From Trypanosoma brucei (Eukaryota), in NCBI GenBank assembly GCA_000002445.1, contig CM000207.1, positions 512,001 through 576,000 of the forward strand: a stretch of DNA of 64,000 bases. Reading direction: 5' to 3'. The notes under the pieces are model-generated. The model worked only from the letters and a program-made list of their open reading frames with translations, was not told where the DNA came from and searched no databases. This document shows, piece by piece, positions 24,501-36,500 of this stretch (the stretch's first letter is position 1; each line of letters begins with the position of its first letter). Both the position numbers and the translations under genes were made by a program.

Positions 24501-27500
24501 TACCGATGACTCCCGTGGTCTAGATTCATACAGCATCCACACAGCAGTGTATGGACATTCATTAAGACGCTCATCAATATCATCCTTCTTTAGGTTGTGT
24601 GGTGGGGTTATGGTAAATTCAAGTTTTAGCATTTCCTCGCTGTAACTCACCACCAAGTCCTGCACCTGTTCCTCATTAAGTTGCAACTGAGCAGCCGTTT
24701 CTTTGGTAAAGGCACTTACGACATCAGGTTTCCTCTTCTCCAAAACATAATCCCAGTCCTCACCCTCAAATTCCACGTGGTGTTGCGTAACCGTTTCTGT
24801 TGCAGAAGATGAATCCTTCATCATAGCCGCACGTGCAGCGGAAGCACGTGGCACATATAGTGACCACATCTCAGAGAAGGGACATGCAGCAAGGGTACTT
24901 AATATATCAGCATCATTTAATGAGCACCCAATGACTTTATAATCAATCAACAGACTTCCGAGTCGGCAATCAATGATAACCACCTGCTGTGGAGAGACAC
25001 CGAGAACACGCGCAGCGTCATTACGGAATGCGTTCTCCAACCCTTCACGATCACCACTAAGCACAAGATCCCAGTCATCTCCCTCAAATTTTTCTGTCAA
25101 TACCGATGACTCCCGTGGTCTAGATTCATACAGCATCCACACAGCAGTGTATGGACATTCATTAAGACGCTCATCAACATCATCCTTCTTTAGGTTGTGT
25201 GGTAGGGTTATGGTAAATTCAAGTTTTAGCATTTCCTCGCTGTAACTCACCACCAAGTCCTGCACCTGTTCCTCATTAAGTTGCAACTGAGCAGCCGTTT
25301 CTTTGGTAAAGGCACTTACAACATCAGGTTTCCTCTTCTCCAAAACATAATCCCAGTCCTCACCCTCAAATTCCATGTGGTGTTGCGTAACCGTTCCTGT
25401 TGCAGAAGATGAATCCTTCATCATAGCCGCACGTGCAGCGGAAGCACGTGGCACATATAGTGACCACATCTCAGAGAAGGGACATGCAGCAAGGGTACTT
25501 AATATATCAGCATCATTTAATGAGCTCCCAATGACTTTATAATCAATCAACAGACTTCCGAGTCGGCAATCAATGATAACCACCTGCTGTGGAGAGACAC
25601 CGAGAACACGCGCAGCGTCATTACGGAATGCGTTCTCCAACCCTTCACGATCACCACTAAGCACAAGATCCCAGTCATCTCCCTCAAATTTCTCTGTCAA
25701 TACCGATGACTCCCGTGGTCTAGATTCATACAGCATCCACACAGCAGTGTATGGACATTCATTAAGACGCTCATCAATATCATCCTTCTTTAGGTTGTGT
25801 GGTAGGGTTATGGTAAATTCAAGTTTTAGCATTTCCTCGCTGTAACTCACCACCAAGTCCTGCACCTGTTCCTCATTAAGTTGCAACTGAGCAGCCGTTT
25901 CTTTGGTAAAGGCACTTACGACATCAGGTTTCCTCTTCTCCAAAACATAATCCCAGTCCTCACCCTCAAATTCCACGTGGTGTTGCGTAACCGTTTCTGT
26001 TGCAGAAGATGAATCCTCCATCATAGCCGCACGTGCAGCGGAAGCACGTGGCACATATAGTGACCACATCTCAGAGAAGGGGCATGCAGCAAGGGTACTT
26101 AATATATCAGCATCATTTAATGAGCACCCAATGACTTTATAATCAATCAACAGACTTCCGAGTCGGCAATCAATGATAACCACCTGCTGTGGAGAGACAC
26201 CGAGAACACGCGCAGCGTCATTACGGAATGCGTTCTCCAACCCTTCACGATCACCACTAAGCACAAGATCCCAATCATCTCCCTCAAATTTCTCTGTCAA
26301 TACCGATGACTCCCGTGGTCTAGGTTCATACAGCATCCACACAGCAGTGTATGGACATTCGTGGAGACGCTCATCAATATCATCCTTCTTTAGGTTGTGT
26401 GGTGGGGTTATGGTAAATTCAAGTTTTAGCATTTCCTCGCTGTAACTCACCACCAAGTCCTGCACCTGTTCCTCATTAAGTTGCAACTGAGCAGCCGTTT
26501 CTTTGGTAAAGGCACTTACGACATCAGGTTTCCTCTTCTCCAAAACATAATCCCAGTCCTCACCCTCAAATTCCACGTGGTGTTGCGTAACCGTTTCTGT
26601 TGCAGAAGATGAATCCTCCATCATAGCCGCACGTGCAGCGGAAGCACGTGGCACATATAGTGACCACATCTCAGAGAAGGGACATGCAGCAAGGTTACTT
26701 AATATATCAGCATCATTTAATGAGCACCCAATGACTTTATAATCAATCAACAGACTTCCGAGTCGGCAATCAATGATAACCACCTGCTGTGGAGAGACAC
26801 CGAGAACACGCGCAGCGTCATTACGGAATGCGTTCTCCAACCCTTCACGATCACCACTAAGCACAAGATCCCAATCATCTCCCTCAAATTTTTCTGTCAG
26901 TACCGATGACTCCCGTGGTCTAGATTCATACAGCATCCACACAGCAGTGTATGGACATTCATTAAGACGCTCATCAACATCATCCTTCTTTAGGTTGTGT
27001 GGTAGGGTTATGGTAAATTCAAGTTTTAGCATTTCCTCGCTGTAACTCACCACCAAGTCCTGCACCTGTTCCTCATTAAGTTGCAACTGAGCAGCCGTTT
27101 CTTTGGTAAAGGCACTTACGACATCAGGTTTCCTCTTCTCCAAAACATAATCCCAGTCCTCACCCTCAAATTCCACGTGGTGTTGCGTAACCGTTTCTGT
27201 TGCAGAAGATGAATCCTCCATCATAGCCGCACGTGCAGCGGAAGCACGTGGCACATATAGTGACCACACTTCAGAGAAGGGACATGCAGCAAGGGTACTT
27301 AATATATCAGCATCATTTAATGAGCACCCAATGACTTTATAATCAATCAACAGACTTCCGAGTCGGCAATCAATGATAACCACCTGCTGTGGAGAGACAC
27401 CGAGAGCACGCGCAGCGTCATTACGGAATGCGTTCTCCAACCCTTCACGATCACCACTAAGCACAAGATCCCAGTCATCTCCCTCAAATTTCTCTGTCAA

Positions 27501-30500
27501 TACCGATGACTCCCGTGGTCTAGATTCATACAGCATCCACACAGCAGTGTATGGACATTCATTAAGACGCTCATCAATATCATCCTTCTTTAGGTTGTGT
27601 GGTGGGGTTATGGTAAATTCAAGTTTTAGCATTTCCTCGCTGTAACTCACCACCAAGTCCTGCACCTGTTCCTCATTAAGTTGCAACTGAGCAGCCGTTT
27701 CTTTGGTAAAGGCACTTACGACATCAGGTTTCCTCTTCTCCAAAACATAATCCCAGTCCTCACCCTCAAATTCCACGTGGTGTTGCGTAACCGTTTCTGT
27801 TGCAGAAGATGAATCCTTCATCATAGCCGCACGTGCAGCGGAAGCACGTGGCACATATAGTGACCACATCTCAGAGAAGGGACATGCAGCAAGGGTACTT
27901 AATATATCAGCATCATTTAATGAGCACCCAATGACTTTATAATCAATCAACAGACTTCCGAGTCGGCAATCAATGATAACCACCTGCTGTGGAGAGACAC
28001 CGAGAGCACACGCAGCGTCATTACGGAATGCGTTCTCCAACCCTTCACGATCACCACTAAGCACAAGATCCCAATCATCTCCCTCAAATTTCTCTGTCAA
28101 TACCGATGACTCCCGTGGTCTAGATTCATACAGCATCCACACAGCAGTGTATGGACATTCATTAAGACGCTCATCAATATCATCCTTCTTTAGGTTGTGT
28201 GGTAGGGTTATGGTAAATTCAAGTTTTAGCATTTCCTCGCTGTAACTCACCACCAAGTCCTGCACCTGTTCCTCATTAAGTTGCAACTGAGCAGCCGTTT
28301 CTTTGGTAAAGGCACTTACGACATCAGGTTTCCTCTTCTCCAAAACATAATCCCAGTCCTCACCCTCAAATTCCATGTGGTGTTGCGTAACCGTTTCTGT
28401 TGCAGAAGATGAATCCTCCATCATAGCCGCACGTGCAGCGGAAGCACGTGGCACATATAGTGACCACACCTCAGAGAAGGGACATGCAGCAAGGGTACTT
28501 AATATATCAGCATCATTTAATGAGCACCCAATGACTTTATAATCAATCAACAGACTTCCGAGTCGGCAATCAATGATAACCACCTGCTGTGGAGAGACAC
28601 CGAGAACACGCGCAGCGTCATTACGGAATGCGTTCTCCAACCCTTCACGATCACCACTAAGCACAAGATCCCAATCATCTCCCTCAAATTTTTCTGTCAG
28701 TACCGATGACTCCCGTGGTCTAGATTCATACAGCATCCACACAGCAGTGTATGGACATTCATTAAGACGCTCATCAATATCATCCTTCTTTAGGTTGTGT
28801 GGTAGGGTTATGGTAAATTCAAGTTTTAGCATTTCCTCGCTGTAACTCACCACCAAGTCCTGCACCTGTTCCTCATTAAGTTGCAACTGAGCAGCCGTTT
28901 CTTTGGTAAAGGCACTTACGACATCAGGTTTCCTCTTCTCCAAAACATAATCCCAGTCCTCACCCTCAAATTCCACGTGGTGTTGCGTAACCGTTTCTGT
29001 TGCAGAAGATGAATCCTTCATCATAGCCGCACGTGCAGCGGAAGCACGTGGCACATATAGTGACCACACTTCAGAGAAGGGACATGCAGCAAGGGTACTT
29101 AATATATCAGCATCATTTAATGAGCACCCAATGACTTTATAATCAATCAACAGACTTCCGAGTCGGCAATCAATGATAACCACCTGCTGTGGAGAGACAC
29201 CGAGAGCACGCGCAGCGTCATTACGGAATGCGTTCTCCAACCCTTCACGATCACCACTAAGCACAAGATCCCAGTCATCTCCCTCAAATTTCTCTGTCAA
29301 TACCGATGACTCCCGTGGTCTAGATTCATACAGCATCCACACAGCAGTGTATGGACATTCATTAAGACGCTCATCAATATCATCCTTCTTTAGGTTGTGT
29401 GGTAGGGTTATGGTAAATTCAAGTTTTAGCATTTCCTCGCTGTAACTCACCACCAAGTCCTGCACCTGTTCCTCATTAAGTTGCAACTGAGCAGCCGTTT
29501 CTTTGGTAAAGGCACTTACGACATCAGGTTTCCTCTTCTCCAAAACATAATCCCAGTCCTCACCCTCAAATTCCACGTGGTGTTGCGTAACCGTTTCTGT
29601 TGCAGAAGATGAATCCTCCATCATAGCCGCACGTGCAGCGGAAGCACGTGGCACATATAGTGACCACATCTCAGAGAAGGGACATGCAGCAAGGGTACTT
29701 AATATATCAGCATCATTTAATGAGCACCCAATGACTTTATAATCAATCAACAGACTTCCGAGTCGGCAATCAATGATAACCACCTGCTGTGGAGAGACAC
29801 CGAGAGCACGCGCAGCGTCATTACGGAATGCGTTCTCCAACCCTTCACGATCACCACTAAGCACAAGATCCCAATCATCTCCCTCAAATTTTTCTGTCAA
29901 TACCGATGACTCCCGTGGTCTAGATTCATACAGCATCCACACAGCAGTGTATGGACATTCATTAAGACGCTCATCAACATCATCCTTCTTTAGGTTGTGT
30001 GGTAGGGTTATGGTAAATTCAAGTTTTAGCATTTCCTCGCTGTAACTCACCACCAAGTCCTGCACCTGTTCCTCATTAAGTTGCAACTGAGCAGCCGTTT
30101 CTTTGGTAAAGGCACTTACGACATCAGGTTTCCTCTTCTCCAAAACATAATCCCAGTCCTCACCCTCAAATTCCACGTGGTGTTGCGTAACCGTTTCTGT
30201 TGCAGAAGATGAATCCTCCATCATAGCCGCACGTGCAGCGGAAGCACGTGGCACATATAGTGACCACACTTCAGAGAAGGGACATGCAGCAAGGGTACTT
30301 AATATATCAGCATCATTTAATGAGCACCCAATGACTTTATAATCAATCAACAGACTTCCGAGTCGGCAATCAATGATAACCACCTGCTGTGGAGAGACAC
30401 CGAGAACACGCGCAGCGTCATTACGGAATGCGTTCTCCAACCCTTCACGATCACCACTAAGCACAAGATCCCAGTCATCTCCCTCAAATTTTTCTGTCAA

Positions 30501-33500
30501 TACCGATGACTCCCGTGGTCTAGATTCATACAGCATCCACACAGCAGTGTATGGACATTCATTAAGACGCTCATCAATATCATCCTTCTTTAGGTTGTGT
30601 GGTGGGGTTATGGTAAATTCAAGTTTTAGCATTTCCTCGCTGTAACTCACCACCAAGTCCTGCACCTGTTCCTCATTAAGTTGCAACTGAGCAGCCGTTT
30701 CTTTGGTAAAGGCACTTACGACATCAGGTTTCCTCTTCTCCAAAACATAATCCCAGTCCTCACCCTCAAATTCCACGTGGTGTTGCGTAACCGTTCCTGT
30801 TGCAGAAGATGAATCCTTCATCATAGCCGCACGTGCAGCGGAAGCACGTGGCACATATAGTGACCACATCTCAGAGAAGGGACATGCAGCAAGGGTACTT
30901 AATATATCAGCATCATTTAATGAGCACCCAATGACTTTATAATCAATCAACAGACTTCCGAGTCGGCAATCAATGATAACCACCTGCTGTGGAGAGACAC
31001 CGAGAACACGCGCAGCGTCATTACGGAATGCGTTCTCCAACCCTTCACGATCACCACTAAGCACAAGATCCCAGTCATCTCCCTCAAATTTTTCTGTCAA
31101 TACCGATGACTCCCGTGGTCTAGATTCATACAGCATCCACACAGCAGTGTATGGACATTCATTAAGACGCTCATCAACATCATCCTTCTTTAGGTTGTGT
31201 GGTGGGGTTATGGTAAATTCAAGTTTTAGCATTTCCTCGCTGTAACTCACCACCAAGTCCTGCACCTGTTCCTCATTAAGTTGCAACTGAGCAGCCGTTT
31301 CTTTGGTAAAGGCACTTACGACATCAGGTTTCCTCTTCTCCAAAACATAATCCCAGTCCTCACCCTCAAATTCCACGTGGTGTTGCGTAACCGTTTCTGT
31401 TGCAGAAGATGAATCCTTCATCATAGCCGCACGTGCAGCGGAAGCACGTGGCACATATAGTGACCACATCTCAGAGAAGGGGCATGCAGCAAGGGTACTT
31501 AATATATCAGCATCATTTAATGAGCACCCAATGACTTTATAATCAATCAACAGACTTCCGAGTCGGCAATCAATGATAACCACCTGCTGTGGAGAGACAC
31601 CGAGAACACGCGCAGCGTCATTACGGAATGCGTTCTCCAACCCTTCACGATCACCACTAAGCACAAGATCCCAATCATCTCCCTCAAATTTTTCTGTCAA
31701 TACCGATGACTCCCGTGGTCTAGATTCATACAGCATCCACACAGCAGTGTATGGACATTCATTAAGACGCTCATCAATATCATCCTTCTTTAGGTTGTGT
31801 GGTGGGGTTATGGTAAATTCAAGTTTTAGCATTTCCTCGCTGTAACTCACCACCAAGTCCTGCACCTGTTCCTCATTAAGTTGCAACTGAGCAGCCGTTT
31901 CTTTGGTAAAGGCACTTACGACATCAGGTTTCCTCTTCTCCAAAACATAATCCCAGTCCTCACCCTCAAATTCCATGTGGTGTTGCGTAACCGTTCCTGT
32001 TGCAGAAGATGAATCCTTCATCATAGCCGCACGTGCAGCGGAAGCACGTGGCACATATAGTGACCACATCTCAGAGAAGGGACATGCAGCAAGGGTACTT
32101 AATATATCAGCATCATTTAATGAGCTCCCAATGACTTTATAATCAATCAACAGACTTCCGAGTCGGCAATCAATGATAACCACCTGCTGTGGAGAGACAC
32201 CGAGAACACGCGCAGCGTCATTACGGAATGCGTTCTCCAACCCTTCACGATCACCACTAAGCACAAGATCCCAATCATCTCCCTCAAATTTTTCTGTCAA
32301 TACCGATGACTCCCGTGGTCTAGATTCATACAGCATCCACACAGCAGTGTATGGACATTCATTAAGACGCTCATCAATATCATCCTTCTTTAGGTTGTGT
32401 GGTAGGGTTATGGTAAATTCAAGTTTTAGCATTTCCTCGCTGTAACTCACCACCAAGTCCTGCACCTGTTCCTCATTAAGTTGCAACTGAGCAGCCGTTT
32501 CTTTGGTAAAGGCACTTACGACATCAGGTTTCCTCTTCTCCAAAACATAATCCCAGTCCTCACCCTCAAATTCCACGTGGTGTTGCGTAACCGTTTCTGT
32601 TGCAGAAGATGAATCCTTCATCATAGCCGCACGTGCAGCGGAAGCACGTGGCACATATAGTGACCACACCTCAGAGAAGGGACATGCAGCAAGGGTACTT
32701 AATATATCAGCATCATTTAATGAGCACCCAATGACTTTATAATCAATCAACAGACTTCCGAGTCGGCAATCAATGATAACCACCTGCTGTGGAGAGACAC
32801 CGAGAACACGCGCAGCGTCATTACGGAATGCGTTCTCCAACCCTTCACGATCACCACTAAGCACAAGATCCCAGTCATCTCCCTCAAATTTTTCTGTCAA
32901 TACCGATGACTCCCGTGGTCTAGATTCATACAGCATCCACACAGCAGTGTATGGACATTCATTAAGACGCTCATCAATATCATCCTTCTTTAGGTTGTGT
33001 GGTGGGGTTATGGTAAATTCAAGTTTTAGCATTTCCTCGCTGTAACTCACCACCAAGTCCTGCACCTGTTCCTCATTAAGTTGCAACTGAGCAGCCGTTT
33101 CTTTGGTAAAGGCACTTACGACATCAGGTTTCCTCTTCTCCAAAACATAATCCCAGTCCTCACCCTCAAATTCCACGTGGTGTTGCGTAACCGTTTCTGT
33201 TGCAGAAGATGAATCCTTCATCATAGCCGCACGTGCAGCGGAAGCACGTGGCACATATAGTGACCACACCTCAGAGAAGGGACATGCAGCAAGGGTACTT
33301 AATATATCAGCATCATTTAATGAGCACCCAATGACTTTATAATCAATCAACAGACTTCCGAGTCGGCAATCAATGATAACCACCTGCTGTGGAGAGACAC
33401 CGAGAACACGCGCAGCGTCATTACGGAATGCGTTCTCCAACCCTTCACGATCACCACTAAGCACAAGATCCCAATCATCTCCCTCAAATTTCTCTGTCAA

Positions 33501-36500
33501 TACCGATGACTCCCGTGGTCTAGATTCATACAGCATCCACACAGCAGTGTATGGACATTCATTAAGACGCTCATCAACATCATCCTTCTTTAGGTTGTGT
33601 GGTAGGGTTATGGTAAATTCAAGTTTTAGCATTTCCTCGCTGTAACTCACCACCAAGTCCTGCACCTGTTCCTCATTAAGTTGCAACTGAGCAGCCGTTT
33701 CTTTGGTAAAGGCACTTACGACATCAGGTTTCCTCTTCTCCAAAACATAATCCCAGTCCTCACCCTCAAATTCCACGTGGTGTTGCGTAACCGTTTCTGT
33801 TGCAGAAGATGAATCCTCCATCATAGCCGCACGTGCAGCGGAAGCACGTGGCACATATAGTGACCACACTTCAGAGAAGGGACATGCAGCAAGGGTACTT
33901 AATATATCAGCATCATTTAATGAGCACCCAATGACTTTATAATCAATCAACAGACTTCCGAGTCGGCAATCAATGATAACCACCTGCTGTGGAGAGACAC
34001 CGAGAGCACGCGCAGCGTCATTACGGAATGCGTTCTCCAACCCTTCACGATCACCACTAAGCACAAGATCCCAATCATCTCCCTCAAATTTCTCTGTCAA
34101 TACCGATGACTCCCGTGGTCTAGATTCATACAGCATCCACACAGCAGTGTATGGACATTCATTAAGACGCTCATCAACATCATCCTTCTTTAGGTTGTGT
34201 GGTAGGGTTATGGTAAATTCAAGTTTTAGCATTTCCTCGCTGTAACTCACCACCAAGTCCTGCACCTGTTCCTCATTAAGTTGCAACTGAGCAGCCGTTT
34301 CTTTGGTAAAGGCACTTACGACATCAGGTTTCCTCTTCTCCAAAACATAATCCCAGTCCTCACCCTCAAATTCCACGTGGTGTTGCGTAACCGTTTCTGT
34401 AGCAGAAGATGAATCCTCCATCATAGCCGCACGTGCAGCGGAAGCACGTGGCACATATAGTGACCACACTTCAGAGAAGGGACATGCAGCAAGGGTACTT
34501 AATATATCAGCATCATTTAATGAGCACCCAATGACTTTATAATCAATCAACAGACTTCCGAGTCGGCAATCAATGATAACCACCTGCTGTGGAGAGACAC
34601 CGAGAGCACACGCAGCGTCATTACGGAATGCGTTCTCCAACCCTTCACGATCACCACTAAGCACAAGATCCCAGTCATCTCCCTCAAATTTTTCTGTCAG
34701 TACCGATGACTCCCGTGGTCTAGATTCATACAGCATCCACACAGCAGTGTATGGACATTCATTAAGACGCTCATCAATATCATCCTTCTTTAGGTTGTGT
34801 GGTGGGGTTATGGTAAATTCAAGTTTTAGCATTCCCTCGCTGTAACTCACGACCAAGTCCTGCACCTGTTCCTCATTAAGTTGCAACTGAGCAGCCGTTT
34901 CTTCGATAAAGGCATTCACGACTTCATTTTTTTTGTTGTGAATCGAAGTGTACCATTCTTTTCCTGCGAAATGTTTGGTGTGTTTTTTACTTTCTAATAT
35001 TAATTTGTTGTAATTTACTGGGTTTTTTTCGTTATAGAAGTTCCAAAGCCGTGGGTATTGGTGCTGAAGTATTTGGTGTTTTATTCTCTCCGGTGACTTT
35101 TTATTGTCGTATACGCTGTATTCGACTTGTAGATTGTGATCAGTTGCGTGCATGTTAGTGACAACGATTTTTTCGGTTTTCACTTCCAGTGCTGTTGATG
35201 TTTCGTGCAAAAATATGTCGTGTATTTTTTCTTTATCGTGGAGCATTTTGTATTTCCATTCTGTACCCATGAAGCTTCTCTTGTATTTAATTTTTTTGTA
35301 CGCGGTATATTTTTTGTAAATGGCGGTCGTTTGTGGGTATTCGTAGCTGTGTATGTTGTTGCCAGAATCATTGCTTTTCTTTATTCCCTTGCTCACAACA
35401 TATTCGACGTGAAGTCTGCTTGTTGCTAATATTTTTGTTACATATACATCGGCCGTACTGGCTAACCAGTGAAGATTGTAAATATCTGTTTCTGCTGCTT
35501 TTTTCACTTCATACTTGTGGTCATCAGCAATAGTTTTCCAGTCGTCACCTCTCAACGTGAAATTATGCAGTGACATATTTTTGCATTCTTCTTCATATAG
35601 TCTTCTGAGCAATGGGTAGTTGTATTCTGCGACTGCAGCCCTCAAGTCGTTTTGTGTCATAGAGTTGTCATGCTGTAATTCCGCCTGAATTATCAAGCAG
35701 TTTTGTTCCTCGTTGTAAGAAGAATGAGTGACTATTACATTACTTTTGGGCACACCCACCGCTGTTCCTGTCTCGACACAAAATGTGTGCTCAATGTCAG
35801 CTTGCCTAAAGTAGAGGATAACCTCCCAATCTTTCCCTGCGTATTCACGGCGCACCACACCGATAGTACCAGAAGGGATATTATCTACGGAGTGCGTTGT
35901 GGGTATAAATATCCCCTCGCTAATGTCCATCTCTTCTTGTTCTGATTTCCCCCGTCTACTGTTCGCTAACCGCTGCATCATAACGGTATCAAGATATCTA
36001 ATACAGGGTTCCTCGAGAGAGTACAGGTTATCCCCCCCTAGCAGTTCTTGTGAACCAAGTACCACGAGCACATTCTTTCGCAAAACGATGATGCTATAGT
36101 TTGTTGGCACCCACGTGTAGAAGGCAGGTAGCAGATATTCTTTGTTCTCCGCCCCGGCAAAACTCTGCCGGTACCTCTCTAGCGCTAAGTCTTTCGGGGC
36201 CGAGTGTTCTTCTGCCCTTGCGGGCTGCATCGAATCCCCCTCTTGCGTCTCCGTCTCTTCACCACCCCCAAATCCCATCTGCCTGTAAGCACGCAATTCC
36301 TCATTAACCTTGTCCAGTTGGGTTTGATACATCCCCATAGAGTACTGCTGCTTCTGAATGTCATTCATAACGTCAGCCAATACGCGCTTTTGTTCTTCCA
36401 TAATATCCTCTGCAGTAACCTTCTCCTTCACTGCATGGCATATGTCTAATTGAGCGAGCGTCCAGTAGTATATGGGTCCCATTGCCCTGCTGCCGTCTAC

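Noticed and set aside
12973-34845. 37 perfectly periodic +strand ORFs of 90 aa (MITTCCGETPRTRAASLRNAF...)
   Set aside because: They are antisense to the giant minus-strand ORF and recur only because the 600-bp unit happens to have an open antisense frame. They have no independent start context and a low-complexity S/R-rich translation. They are an artefact of the repeat.
12529-34895. Regular 600-bp repeats as a possible CRISPR array or satellite
   Set aside because: Units are contiguous with no unique spacers, are in-frame coding sequence of a eukaryotic gene, and at 600 bp are far larger than CRISPR repeats. It is a coding tandem repeat.
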